Assembly (NCBI GenBank): GCA_025774645.1 | Contig: JALGVN010000003.1 | Coordinates: 1 to 56,024, forward strand | Source: a bacterium | Lineage (GTDB): Bacteria > Joyebacterota > Joyebacteria > Joyebacterales > Joyebacteraceae | Direction: 5' to 3' | DNA: 56,024 bases | Shown here: piece by piece, positions 10,471-20,600 of the stretch | Layout: every line of letters begins with the position of its first letter | How positions within the stretch are numbered: the stretch's first letter is position 1 | Position numbers and translations under genes: made by a program | The notes under the pieces: model-generated | What the model saw: the letters and a program-made list of their open reading frames with translations, nothing else | Database searches by the model: none | What the model was told of the DNA's origin: nothing

Positions 10471-10495
10471 TGCCGATAGCCGCCTAGAACATTTT

Positions 10496-10525
10496 ATCTT
10501 ATCACCCCGCGGAAGCCGCCGTCAA
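10496..10525 (-). promoter_or_regulatory. Putative sigma70-type promoter of the phosphatidyltransferase-ino1 operon (TTGACG-N18-TAAGAT)
   Basis: Minus-strand reading: cTTGACGgcggcttccgcggggtgaTAAGATaaaatg. It lies in a locally AT-rich patch between rsmI and the transferase gene. Confidence 0.4.
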
Positions 10526-10543
10526 GCCTCGCGAAGGCCGGTC

Positions 10544-11308
10544 TCAGGAGGGAATCCGGCGGTCGTTCACCTCGACCTCCCCCGATTCCCCGCCGTCCAC
10601 GTCCAGCTGTCTCCCTGACCCCGCGACGAGGATCACCATCTCCCCCCGCAGCGGGGCCTCCCCCGCCCGGGCCGCCAGCTCCGAAAGGGAGCCCCGCAGG
10701 ACCTCCTCGTGGACCTTGGTGAGCTCTCTCGCAAGCGCCGCCGGGCGGTCGCCGAGCACCTCGAGCATGTCGAGAAGGGACTTCGCGACCCTGTGCGGCG
10801 ACTCGTAGAAGACCGTCGTGCAGGGAAGGTCGGCGAGGGACTCGAGCGCCCGTCTGCGTGCCGACTGCCTCCTGGGAAGGAACCCCGCAAAGTAGAAGGG
10901 GTGCGGCGGAAGCCCGGCCACCGAGAGTGCCGCCGCCACCGCCGAGGGGCCGGGCACAGCGACGACCTCGATGCCCTCCCGCGCGCAGAGCGAGACGAGG
11001 CGATAGCCGGGATCGGACACGAGCGGCGTGCCGGCGTCCGAGACGAGCGCGACGTCCGAGCCATCGTTGATCCGGTCGACGATCCGCCGGGCGGCCGTGG
11101 CTTCGTTGTGCTCGTGGTACGACAGAAGCGGCGTGCCGATGGAGAAGCGTGCGAGGAGCTTGCGGGTGCGGCGCGTGTCCTCGGCCGCGATGCCGGCGAC
11201 CGAGTTCAGCACCTCGATGGCCCGCGCCGACACGTCGTCCAGGTTCCCGATCGGCGTGGCCACGACGAAGAGTCGCCCTGTGCCCTGTCCCCTACTCGCT
11301 GCCGACAA
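10544..11308 (-). CDS. rsmI: 16S rRNA (cytidine1402-2'-O)-methyltransferase RsmI
   Basis: LFVVATPIGNLDDVSARAIEVL...AAEDTRRTRKLL...SYHEHNE...LVSDAGTPLVSDPGYRLV are classic RsmI/tetrapyrrole-methylase-fold motifs. Confidence 0.9.
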   Translation of the reverse strand: MSAASRGQGTGRLFVVATPIGNLDDVSARAIEVLNSVAGIAAEDTRRTRKLLARFSIGTPLLSYHEHNEATAARRIVDRINDGSDVALVSDAGTPLVSDPGYRLVSLCAREGIEVVAVPGPSAVAAALSVAGLPPHPFYFAGFLPRRQSARRRALESLADLPCTTVFYESPHRVAKSLLDMLEVLGDRPAALARELTKVHEEVLRGSLSELAARAGEAPLRGEMVILVAGSGRQLDVDGGESGEVEVNDRRIPS

Positions 11309-11324
11309 CGTCCGGTCCTCCGGG

Positions 11325-12995
11325 TCACTCCGCGTCGATCACGTCGATGATGTTGGCGAACGTCGTCTCGCCGTCGTTCCTGAGGCGATAGACGGCGTCG
11401 ACCGGCTCGCGCCCGGGGCGCACGGTCGACGTGAAGATCACGCCGCTCGCGCGGGCGGCTTCGTAGTCGTCGAGGGTCACGCTCCGCGCGACGAGCGCCG
11501 CGGGGGGATTCCTCTGCCCGAACGGCTCGAGCATTCCGAGCTCGCGCGCGATCTCGGGCGTGACGCCGTCGAACGGAAGCTCGGCGTCGACCGACCTGGG
11601 GTCGGGCGCCGGAGGGTTCGCGCTGACGTACTCGATCATCCGGTCGCGGAACTCCGCGAAGTTCTCCCTCTTCATCGTGAATCCGGCCGCGCGAGGATGG
11701 CCTCCGTACCCGAGGAAGAGCTCGGACATGGAGTGGAACGCCTCGACCAGGTTGAAACCGGTCGGCCCCCTCGCCTCGGCCATCGCGTTTCCGTTGAGAT
11801 CCGACAGGAGCACCGTCGGAAGTCCCGTGTCGTCGGCGAGACGTGACGTGACGTAGCCCATGACCTCCACCGGAACGGTCGATTCGACGATGAGCGCCGG
11901 CGCTCCCTTCGTGGTCGGATCGGCCTTGATGGCGGCCTGCGTGTCCTTCCACGCCCTCGATGCTGTGTCCCTCCAGCGCGTCCTTCCCTGCGCGAGCTGC
12001 TGCGCACGTTCGCGAGCGTCGTCGAGGTCGGTCGTCAGGAGAAGATCGAGCGCGTAGTTTCCGCCTTTCCCGTCCGAGACGCGCCCGAATGCCGCACCGA
12101 GCGAGCTGCGGACGTCGTCGGCGTCGATCGCCTGGCCCGAGAGACGCGACTCCTCGAGCAGCGCCAGGAGACCCGGGCGCTCGGTGAGCGGTATCCGCGA
12201 CGTCCCCGCGACGACGATCGTCCTGTTGTCGAACGTGAGCGGCACCTTGTCGGCGATCGAGCCGATCGCCGCGAGTCCGAGGGCTTCGTCCCGCCAGGTG
12301 GGGCCGTACCACGGCCTCGACTCGGCGGCCGGACCGAACTCCCCGCCGAGTTCGGCGAACAGGAGGTCGGTCACGCGGAGCGCGACGCCGACACCCGCCA
12401 TGTACCTGTAAGGAAAGCGCGAGTTCGGGAGCTTCGGATTCACGATGGCGACGGCCTGCGGGAGCTCCGGCGGGATCTCGTGGTGGTCGGTCACGATCGT
12501 GTCGATACCGAGCCCGTTCCCGTATCGGATGGCGTCCCGATCGCTCACGCAGCTGTCGACCGTGACGACGAGCGTGACCCCGGCGGCCGACAGCCGATCG
12601 AGCTCGGCGCGGTTCATGCCGTGACCCTCGCTCCTCCTGTCCGGGATGTAGCAGACGACCGAGGCGCCAAGCTGGAGCAGGGCCTCGGCCATGATGACAG
12701 TGGCGGTGACTCCATCGGCGTCGTCGTGCCCGTGCACGGCGATCTTCTCTCCGCCGGCGAGCGCGGCCCGCACCCGTTCGACGACGCGGTCCGCGTCCGG
12801 AAGGAGGTGAGAGTCTGGAAGCGAGTCGGGATCGGTGCGCAGGAAGCGCACCGCATCGGTCGGCGACGAAATCCCCCTCGACGCGAGCACGCTGGCCAGC
12901 ACGTCCGAGGCGTCGGCCGCCTTGCGGATTCCCTCGACGAGGTCAGGGTCGGGTGGATCGTAGCTCCACTCGTGCTTCAGGCCCTTCAGGATCAT
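11325..12995 (-). CDS. recJ: Single-stranded-DNA-specific exonuclease RecJ
   Basis: DHH motifs (IAVHGHDDADGVTA, VTVDSCVSD, IVTDHHE) and DHHA1 (GGHPRAAG). Start trimmed to ATG 12995 (GGAG 5 nt upstream). Confidence 0.9.
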   Translation of the reverse strand: MILKGLKHEWSYDPPDPDLVEGIRKAADASDVLASVLASRGISSPTDAVRFLRTDPDSLPDSHLLPDADRVVERVRAALAGGEKIAVHGHDDADGVTATVIMAEALLQLGASVVCYIPDRRSEGHGMNRAELDRLSAAGVTLVVTVDSCVSDRDAIRYGNGLGIDTIVTDHHEIPPELPQAVAIVNPKLPNSRFPYRYMAGVGVALRVTDLLFAELGGEFGPAAESRPWYGPTWRDEALGLAAIGSIADKVPLTFDNRTIVVAGTSRIPLTERPGLLALLEESRLSGQAIDADDVRSSLGAAFGRVSDGKGGNYALDLLLTTDLDDARERAQQLAQGRTRWRDTASRAWKDTQAAIKADPTTKGAPALIVESTVPVEVMGYVTSRLADDTGLPTVLLSDLNGNAMAEARGPTGFNLVEAFHSMSELFLGYGGHPRAAGFTMKRENFAEFRDRMIEYVSANPPAPDPRSVDAELPFDGVTPEIARELGMLEPFGQRNPPAALVARSVTLDDYEAARASGVIFTSTVRPGREPVDAVYRLRNDGETTFANIIDVIDAE

Positions 12996-13064
12996 GAGTC
13001 TCCGTGGGAGTGAAGCCGGCGTCCTTCCCGCGCGGCCTCCGCACACCGCCGTTCGGGACGACCT

Positions 13065-13817
13065 CTAGTCGGTGCCACCCTTCTTCTTCATGAAGTGCTC
13101 GATCAGGTCGATCGGCACGGGGAACACGATGGTCGAATTCTTCTCGACGGAGATCTCAGAGAGCGTCTGGAGGAACCTGAGCTGGATGGAGGTCGGCTCC
13201 GTGGCCAGGACCTTCGCCGCGGCCGCAAGCGTCTCGGACGCCTGGAACTCGCCGTTGGCGTGGATGATCTTCGCCCGCCTCTCGCGCTCCGCCTCAGCCT
13301 GCTTCGCGATCGCCCGCTGCATCTGCTCCGGGAGATCGACGTGCTTGACCTCGACGGCCGACACTTTGATGCCCCAGCTGTCGGTCGCGCGGTCGAGGAT
13401 CGCCTGAAGTTCCAGGTTGATCTTCTCCCTCGCGGAGAGGAGCTCGTCGAGCTCGGACGCGCCGATCACGCTCCGGAGCGTCGTCTGCGCAAGCTGCGAG
13501 GTCGCGTACGCGTAGTCCTGCACCTCGACGATCGCCTTGTCGGGCTCGAAGACCCGGTAGTAGACGACGGCGTTCACCTTGACGGAGACGTTGTCCTTCG
13601 TCACGACGTCCTGCGGAGGCACGTCCATCGCGATGATGCGGAGTCCGACCCTGACGAGCCGGTCGACGAACGGGACGATCAGAGTGAAGCCGGGGCCCTT
13701 CACGCCCGCGAGGCGGCCGAGGCGGAAGACCACGCCGCGCTCGTACTCCCTCAGGATGTAGACCGCCTTCGCGAGGAGGACGAGGAGCACCGCTACCAGA
13801 ATGAGGATTCCACCCAT
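13065..13817 (-). CDS. SPFH/Band-7 (stomatin-like) membrane protein
   Basis: N-terminal TM, then [17 protein letters not shown]...[13 protein letters not shown]...[21 protein letters not shown]; C-terminal coiled coil [11 protein letters not shown]. Confidence 0.9.
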   Translation of the reverse strand: MGGILILVAVLLVLLAKAVYILREYERGVVFRLGRLAGVKGPGFTLIVPFVDRLVRVGLRIIAMDVPPQDVVTKDNVSVKVNAVVYYRVFEPDKAIVEVQDYAYATSQLAQTTLRSVIGASELDELLSAREKINLELQAILDRATDSWGIKVSAVEVKHVDLPEQMQRAIAKQAEAERERRAKIIHANGEFQASETLAAAAKVLATEPTSIQLRFLQTLSEISVEKNSTIVFPVPIDLIEHFMKKKGGTD

Positions 13818-13827
13818 GCGCCACCTC

Positions 13828-14166
13828 CTATGTCAAACGCCTGACCGTGAGGATCATCCTGTCGACCGACTCCACCACGACGCGGGTCCCGGCGGCTATC
13901 TCCTCGCCGGCGACCGCGTTCCAGTACTCGCTCCTGACGAAGACGCGTCCCTCAGGCCTGATGTCGGTCACGGCCTCGCCGATCTCGCCGACCATCGCCT
14001 CCCGGCCGGTGCTCACCCGGCGCCCCTGAGCGAGGAGCCCGATCGGGACGGCAAACAGGAAGAACACTATAAGGAGAGCGATCGCAGGCATGATCGCACT
14101 CTGATCGAGCCCGAAGAGCCTGAAGAGGGCTCCGAGGAGATCGAGCAGTCCCGTGATCTCGCCCAC
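13828..14166 (-). CDS. NfeD-family membrane protein (short form, OB-fold C-terminus, no protease domain)
   Basis: Two TM helices plus [43 protein letters not shown]. It sits directly upstream of the stomatin gene, the canonical NfeD-SPFH pairing. Confidence 0.8.
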   Translation of the reverse strand: MGEITGLLDLLGALFRLFGLDQSAIMPAIALLIVFFLFAVPIGLLAQGRRVSTGREAMVGEIGEAVTDIRPEGRVFVRSEYWNAVAGEEIAAGTRVVVESVDRMILTVRRLT

Positions 14167-14269
14167 GTGTGACTCCCTTCCGCGTCGCCGATCCGGTGGT
14201 GCGACGGACGCCGCCCCGCTTCACGTTCGCGTCCGCGGGCCGTGGCATCACCGAAACATCCCGATCTTC

Positions 14270-15487
14270 CTACCGGACCCGCGTGTAGTTCCGAAGCCCC
14301 CGGCTGTCACGTCCCTCCAGGATGAGACCGTCTCTCGCGAACCCGGCGAGAACCATGTCGAGCTGCGCCGGTGAGAGCGGCGTGGCCCGGAAGAGATGCG
14401 TGTGGGGCGTCTCCACTTCTATGCGGGACAGCAGCTCGTCCTCGTGGCTCGCGGGCGCGACGTCGGGAAGGACGGGCGCCCTCCTGAGGTACTTCTCGAA
14501 GGCCGAAGGATCCCTCTGGATGTTCGCCAACGCGCGTGTGAACCGATGCGCGTCGCCCTTCTCCTTCGCGAAGACCGCGAGCTGGAAATCAGCCTGCGTC
14601 TGTCCCTTGGCGATCATGCTCCTGATGATGCGGAGATCGCTCTTTCCGAAGTCGAGGAGCGCCATTCCATCCTGCGCCATGTCGACCATGCGTGTCAACA
14701 GGGTTCGGACGGGCAGTTCCTCCCCGTTCCAGCGGAAGACCGCCTGCAGACCGTACTTCGTCGCGCGCCACCTGTTGACCATCATGGCGCGGTAGTCCTC
14801 TTCCGCCATCTCCCGGTCGAGCTCGTGCTCGGAGGCGTGGTACATCACTCCGGCCGCGAGCGCGACAAGCTCGCACATGAGCCTGGTCGAGCTCACCCCG
14901 TCGCCGATCCTGAGCTCCACGGTCGCTCCCCACGCTGTCTTCACGTCGACGTCGCGGCCCCACTCCGCCCGGGAGAACATGGGAGAAAGGAGCGGCTGAG
15001 GAGCGGAGCACCACTCGGCGTTCGACGCGACGCGGTAGCTCTTGTACTCCCCTGCCCTCCCGCGGTAGACGGGGCTGTTGGCCATGAGCGCCGCCAGCGG
15101 GGCGGCGTACGGCACCATCGCGTTCTGGATGCGGATCGCCCCGGCCCACTCGCCGATCGTGCCCACGTGGATGTGCGCTCCGACGGGCTCGCGCTCGAAC
15201 GGCCTCGCGCCCGACCTCAGGAGGTACCAGTTCTTCTTCTTGATGAGCGCCCTGAGCTCTCGCTCGAACCTCTCGCTCTTCCTGAGGAGTTCCGGGATGC
15301 TCTCGACCGCGCCGATCCGGCTCTCGATCAGCTCGAGATCGGTGCCGGGGGCGGCCCACGGGAGCTTCCGCCTGAGATCGTCGGACAGGAGCTCGACGTC
15401 GTTCTCCGTGACGTTCTCCCCCGACGCCTTGAGTATCGCCATCTCCCAGTCGTAGCCGACCGTGAGCGGCTCGAAGATCCGTCCCAT
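14270..15487 (-). CDS. Divergent glutamate-cysteine-ligase family 2 (GCS2 / YbdK-like carboxylate-amine ligase) protein with an extra C-terminal domain
   Basis: Positional matches to GCS2 motifs: LTVGYDWEMAIL (cf. TxGxEEExxLV), GAHIHVG, MANSPVYRGRAGEYKSYRVASNAEW (cf. ANSPFxxGxDTGxxSxR), VDVKTAWGATVELRIGD (cf. WDVRP...TVExRxxD). The last roughly 60 aa (LSPAQLDMVLAGFARDGLILEGRDSRG) look like a small winged-helix-like add-on. Its ATG directly abuts the upstream stop (TAGATG). Confidence 0.55.
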   Translation of the reverse strand: MGRIFEPLTVGYDWEMAILKASGENVTENDVELLSDDLRRKLPWAAPGTDLELIESRIGAVESIPELLRKSERFERELRALIKKKNWYLLRSGARPFEREPVGAHIHVGTIGEWAGAIRIQNAMVPYAAPLAALMANSPVYRGRAGEYKSYRVASNAEWCSAPQPLLSPMFSRAEWGRDVDVKTAWGATVELRIGDGVSSTRLMCELVALAAGVMYHASEHELDREMAEEDYRAMMVNRWRATKYGLQAVFRWNGEELPVRTLLTRMVDMAQDGMALLDFGKSDLRIIRSMIAKGQTQADFQLAVFAKEKGDAHRFTRALANIQRDPSAFEKYLRRAPVLPDVAPASHEDELLSRIEVETPHTHLFRATPLSPAQLDMVLAGFARDGLILEGRDSRGLRNYTRVR

Positions 15488-16912
15488 CTATGCCTCCAGT
15501 CGCACCGAGAGGGTCTCGTTGCCCGCGCGGACCGTGCAGTCCAGCGGGAACGCCGCTCTCGGCAGCATGATCGTCTTTGTGTGAACGCGTCCGGCGCCGG
15601 GGATGTCGACCGCCGTGAGGGTGGCGGACCTTCTCCCGGTCGCCGTCCTGACGGCGACCCGCGGTGCGTCGACGCGCCGCGCCGTCCTGAGTGTCAGCGC
15701 GACGGGAACGCCGCCCCGCCCACCGCGGCCGACTGAGCCCATGAACATCGAGGCGCTCGTCGAGACCGCATCGTTCCCAATGAGAAAGGCGAGGCCGAAC
15801 CTCGTCCGTCCGCCCTTCTTCACCTTCCGCGGAGCGTGCCGGATCATCACTTCCGGCCCCGGGTAGTCGCTCCTGACGGCCACGAGACAGCCGCTTCCGG
15901 GAGCGAAGAGGACCGCCATTGCCCGGCCGTCGCCCTCGTTCCGCGCCACCAGGAAGCCGGGCTTGAGACCGAAGTGCTCGTCCCGCCAGTCGCGCCAGCG
16001 CCACCGTCTCCCGTACGGGGGACGGTGGTAGCGCACCCTCACGAGCTCCCCACCCGCGGGGAGTTCGAAGACGTTGAGCGAGACGGGATCGCCGTCGGAC
16101 CGCGTCGACATCCTAACGCCGAACGTGACGTTGGCCCGGTCCTCCTTCTTCTTGCCGTCACCGACCCCGTCGCCGCTGTCCTGTCCGCTCGTCTCCCCCT
16201 CCGCGGGCTCCTTCTTTCCGGCATAGGACACCGTGTAGTGCTCGATGGTCCCGGGGAAGCCGGACGAGACGCGCACGTTCTTGCGAATCGTGACGCCCTT
16301 CGGCTCCTTCAGCCTGCGCGAGTAATCGATCTCGACGGCGGCGTCCGACACTGAGGGCTCGCCCCGATCGAACTCCGACTTCCAGATCTCTCCGGGAGAG
16401 CCCGACTCGAAGAGCACGGGCTCGGCCCCACCCAGGAGGATGTACTTTCCGGCCATGATGTACTCGAATGGGCTCGCGAAGCGGTCGTGCCCGGAACAGT
16501 CCTTGAGCGAGAGGAGGCGCGCCCCGCGCTGCGGCTGAATGACCGCCGCCAGGAACTGGTTCGCGAGCACGTCCTCGTCGTACCCGTCTCGGTCGGGGTC
16601 GCCGGATCTGAGCTCGACCCGGCCCGGTCCCGTGCAGCCGAGATCGACCGCGGGCTTTCGGGGCTGGAGGACCCTCGCGCTCTCCACGGGATCGAGGACG
16701 ATGAGATCGCGCGTCTTGATGCCCCAGGGAAGCATGGCCTCGCGACCGATCGTCGTCTCCTTCCCGATGACGGCCTTCGGCACCGAGAGCGCGCCGATGG
16801 CGGACCCTTCGACCTTCACCCTGAGCCTGTACTTCACGAACTCGAGACCGTTCCGGTCCCGATAGCGCGTCTCCTGCATCTTCTTGAGTACCTTCACGAG
16901 CAGTCGCTGCAT
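15488..16912 (-). CDS. Hypothetical cytoplasmic protein (474 aa), beta-rich, no family recognised
   Basis: Long ORF with good GC3 coding bias. No signal peptide or TM. Start trimmed to ATG 16912 (GAGGG about 8 nt upstream), giving MQRLLVKVLKK. Has an internal acidic/Gly-rich linker (EPAEGETSGQDSGDGVGDGKKKED). Translationally coupled to the GCS2-like gene. Confidence 0.6.
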   Translation of the reverse strand: MQRLLVKVLKKMQETRYRDRNGLEFVKYRLRVKVEGSAIGALSVPKAVIGKETTIGREAMLPWGIKTRDLIVLDPVESARVLQPRKPAVDLGCTGPGRVELRSGDPDRDGYDEDVLANQFLAAVIQPQRGARLLSLKDCSGHDRFASPFEYIMAGKYILLGGAEPVLFESGSPGEIWKSEFDRGEPSVSDAAVEIDYSRRLKEPKGVTIRKNVRVSSGFPGTIEHYTVSYAGKKEPAEGETSGQDSGDGVGDGKKKEDRANVTFGVRMSTRSDGDPVSLNVFELPAGGELVRVRYHRPPYGRRWRWRDWRDEHFGLKPGFLVARNEGDGRAMAVLFAPGSGCLVAVRSDYPGPEVMIRHAPRKVKKGGRTRFGLAFLIGNDAVSTSASMFMGSVGRGGRGGVPVALTLRTARRVDAPRVAVRTATGRRSATLTAVDIPGAGRVHTKTIMLPRAAFPLDCTVRAGNETLSVRLEA

Positions 16913-17023
16913 GGTGTTTCCCTCGTCCTTGATGTCCCGGGTCGACGGCCGGCGTCTGAAGGGTGGCTCAAGGGCGAGAGTCCCGAGACGCCCGCGCAAG
17001 TCCACGTACGTCCCACACACGAA

Positions 17024-17056
17024 GGGGAGCAGAGAGTCATAGACTCTCTGCTCCCC
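17024..17056 (-). terminator. Perfect 15-bp-stem hairpin downstream of hup
   Basis: ggggagcagagagtc-ata-gactctctgctcccc read directly, 35 nt after the hup stop. On the minus strand it is followed by TTCGTGTGTGG. Confidence 0.6.
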
Positions 17057-17090
17057 TCGCAGAGTCTTGTGCTCCCCTAAACCACTGTCG

Positions 17091-17375
17091 CTATTTTACG
17101 GAGTCCTTCAGAGACTTGCCGGCCTTGAACTTCGGGTAGTGATGCTCCCCGACGTGCTTCGTCTTGTCCGTGCCGGGGATCCTCCAGTCGCGGGCCTTGC
17201 GGTGCTCGGCGCTGAACGTGCCGAACCCCGTGATCTGGACCCTGCGTCTACCCTTGAGCTCACCTGAGATGATGCCGTGATCCGTCGCGAACAGCACGTC
17301 CACAATGTCCCTGGCCTGTCTGTTCGACATCTCCGCCTTGTCTGCCAGCCTCTCAACAAGTTCAGCCTTGTTCAT
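17091..17375 (-). CDS. hup: HU/IHF-family DNA-binding protein
   Basis: MNKAELVERLADKAEMSNRQARDIVDVLF...ITGFGTF. The strong RBS AAGGAGGAG precedes ATG 17375, which is trimmed from the 127-aa track ORF. Confidence 0.9.
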   Translation of the reverse strand: MNKAELVERLADKAEMSNRQARDIVDVLFATDHGIISGELKGRRRVQITGFGTFSAEHRKARDWRIPGTDKTKHVGEHHYPKFKAGKSLKDSVK

Positions 17376-17445
17376 CAAACTCCTCCTTCTGGCCGATGGC
17401 CGCCCTTCCCTCTCTTGATGTGCGGTGCGTCCTAGAATTCGCGAC

Positions 17446-17474
17446 AAGCTACAACACGTCCCAAATGTTGTCAA
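17446..17474 (-). promoter_or_regulatory. Putative sigma70-type promoter of hup (TTGACA-N17-TAGCTT)
   Basis: Minus-strand reading: tatTTGACAacatttgggacgtgttgTAGCTTgtcgc, about 70 nt upstream of the hup ATG. Confidence 0.4.
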
Positions 17475-17637
17475 TAGGAATCGGCCCTAGAATCGGGCTC
17501 TCCGGGGCACGTGGACCCCAGGGCGACGTCCTGCGCCATGATTCGCAAGTCACGCGATACCGGACAACGCAGCGATCGCCGGGGTTCCTCCGACAGGGTC
17601 ACGCCGGCACGGTCGCGCCGGCCGGGACGGAGCCGGA

Positions 17638-20600
17638 TCAGTTCACCCGCCGCTGCAGGTACCGATCGCCGCGTTCGTACTGGATCTCCGGAAGGGCCTT
17701 CACGTTGATGCGGAAGTAGTAACGCCACTCCTCTTCGAAGTACCTGCCCGTGAACTGCGCCTCCCAGCAGTGGAGGTCCCGGTAGACCGTGAACTCCTGG
17801 CTCGCGATCTCCTGGTCATCCAGGTCGTACTGGATACCGTAGTTGACCCGCCACTTGCGGGTCAGCGAGAACGCCACGGCGCCCTCGGTCCAGTAGTTGG
17901 CGTTTCCGGGATCGGACCCCCTCGAGTAGCGGAAGGTCAGGGACGCGTCCCACGGACGGGACGTGAGCAGGGTGCTCGCTGAGACCGTCTCCAGCTGGCG
18001 GCGGAGCTCGTCGGCCGGGCTCATCATCTCGGCCGACTGGTCGAGGGCCGGCTCTGACGGCAGCAGGACCGCGGGCCGGCCGGTCAGGTTGACCGTGGCG
18101 GTGAGGCTCGAGCTCTCGAGGTCCCAGCCGTAGACGTCGTGCCGCGTATTCCAGCGGAACGAGAACGGACGGCCCGGCCGCAGCTCGAGGTTCGCCAGGA
18201 GGTCGGTCCACGGCTCCACCTCGTCGAGGAAGTCGTACGAGCTCGTGAGCCCGAAGCGGAGGAGGTTGTCAAGCTTCTTCACCTGGCCGCCGCTCTCGTA
18301 CTTGATCTGCGCCTTGTTGACGAGCGAGAGGCCGAAGGACTTCCGCTCGCGGGGCGTCGAGGTGAACCCTCCCCGGAAGCTGTAGAAGATGTCGCTGCCG
18401 TCCTCGTCGAAGTACTGCTCGAAGTCCGGGACCCAGGAGAGCGACGCGGTCGGCTCGATGATGTGCCGGATCCCCTCGAGCGCCCCCACCTTGGGGAAGA
18501 AGGTCCCGTAGACCGTCGTCCCGGTAGAGAGCCCGGCGCTGTAGGTGAACCGCGTGGGGAACTCGGCACCGAGCTTGTCGCGGTCGTAGACGTTCCAGCG
18601 GAAGTCGAACCGCGGAGTCAGGTTGAGCCGCCCCGCGAGCCTCGTCACGTTCTTGAGGTTGCCTCCCACACCGATCCCCTGGTGTGAGACGACCTCGTCG
18701 GGGGTGTCCCGGCGATCGCTCACGCCCGACGCCCGCCAGCTGTACGAAGTCTTCGAGAGCCACCCCCGGAGTCCCGCGAGTCCGTCTGCCGCCGCGACGA
18801 ACGGGCGCTGCGAAGCCGCCACCTCGATCTTCGGCAGGAGCGAGTTGACGGTGCCCTCGTCGAGGTCCTCCCTGCGGTCGAGCGTCACGCCGACCGAGAG
18901 GCCGCTCCAGCGCCCCCTCGCCCAGAACTGCGAGTGCATGTCGCGGTTGACGACGTCCTGGATCGACTGGTTCGCGTCGCTCGCGTACGTGGCGTCACTG
19001 CGGAAATCACCGGTCGCACCGAGGGTCCAGTTCCTGTTGATCTCCTGCTGATGCCGGAGCCTGAGGTCCCAGCGCCTCGCACCGCCCGAGAACTCGTTCA
19101 TGAAGGAACCCTCGACCGAGCCCGAGTACTTGTATCGGACCTTGTAGCGCGCGAGCGCGTTCGTGATCCACCTGGTCTGCTCGTAGAAGTCGGCCCAGAG
19201 CGTCAGGTCCCAGTAGTCGCTCGGCGCGAAGTAGTAGCCGAAGTTCTTGACGAACCGGCCGGTGCTCTCGCTGAACCCGATGTCGATGCGCGGAATGAGG
19301 AAGCCCGAGTGCCGCGTCGTCCTGATCGGGAAGACGAAGAACGGAAGCGGAAGGACCGGGATCTCACCCAGGTAGAGGACGATCGGCTTCGCGACCACCT
19401 TGTCGTCGAGGTAGACCTTCATCTGGCCCGACGAGATGCGGTAGTGCGGACGCGGCTCCGAGCACGTGGTGAAGACGCCGTTCCGTACCCTCAGGGTACC
19501 GTCGGCCTCCCGGATGACCTCGTCGCCCATGAAGAGCCCTTCCTCGAACGTCGACATGCCGTGCGAGACGGAGCCGGTCTCTGTCTCGAGGTCGTAGCTC
19601 AGGGCGTTCCCGACGATCCGCTCCGAGCTGTCCCTCAGATCCGGAGCCCCCGTGGCGATGAGCACCTGCTCGTCGGGGTCGAAGATCACCTCGTCGGCCG
19701 TGAGGACGGTGGTGTTGTACTCGACGGTCGTGTCGCCGGAGAGGATGATCCGGTTCCTGCCGACGTAGTAGTCGATCTGGCCGGCCGCGTACGCGACGAC
19801 ATCGACGGCTACCGAGTCGTCCTGTGCAGCCTCACTCTCGGCGAACGGAGATTCCTCGAACGGGACGACCTCAGGCGAGACGACCACGGGCGGAGGCTCC
19901 TCCTCGATCGGCATCCGGGGTTCGAACTCCGGGATGCCCGGATCGGGAGGCGCGGGGTCCGGCGCGACGGATCCCTCTTCCGGCTCACGGAGGGAGCCTG
20001 CGCTCTGGCCGGAAACGAACGCATAGGCACCGCTCGCATCGCCCCGGAAGACGGCGCGCTCGATCTCCCCGTCGGAGAAGAGGACGTCGATCTCCCTCGC
20101 CTGGACGCGGTTCATCTCCCCCTCGCTCCCGATGGCATGCTCGCTCACGGCGCGGCCGCGGACCGTCGTCAGGACGGGCTCGCCCTCCTGGAAGAACATC
20201 GTGAGGGTGTCGCCCGCCACGTGGCCGCGCTGCGGCTCTTCCTCGGGACTGCTCGGCACGATGTGGTAGTCGGTGCGCGCCGAGCCCAGCGCGATCACAC
20301 GCGAGATCCGGCCGTCCGTCCCGGACAGGTGGATGGTGTCTCCGGTCAGCCTGTCGGATTCCCGCTCGACGACGGGGCTTCCCTCGAGCGTGATGAGGGA
20401 GTCGCCCGTGAGGACGGCGGTCCTCGCCCGCGCGAGGATCTCGCCCCTCCGGATCACGGCGTTCCCGAACGCGCGCAGCGTCTCTCCGTCCGACGCGATC
20501 TCGATGACGTCGGCCGAGAGCGTGGCGTCGGGTTCGTCGCCCTCGCCCGCCGTCGTCAGCACCGGCGAGTCGTACGCCCGCGCCTCCCGGCGCTCGAAGT

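Noticed and set aside
13065-14166. NfeD-stomatin pair as a candidate novel system
   Set aside because: This is the well-known conserved NfeD/SPFH operon. The short NfeD form without a protease domain is common.
8648-15487. Idea that ino1 plus the GCS2-like ligase indicate a mycothiol-like inositol thiol pathway
   Set aside because: The two genes are about 5 kb apart in different transcription units. Mycothiol synthesis uses MshA, MshB, MshC and MshD, not a GCS2 ligase, and none of those genes is present in the window.
17376-17637. Possible small RNA or tRNA in the 262-bp spacer between lptD and hup, and in the other spacers over 200 bp (30858-31094, 45195-45423, 45727-46002)
   Set aside because: I could not find a cloverleaf or a known RNA motif by eye. 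Promoter elements and terminator-like hairpins for the flanking genes account for these spacers. An Infernal/tRNAscan run would be needed for a definitive answer.
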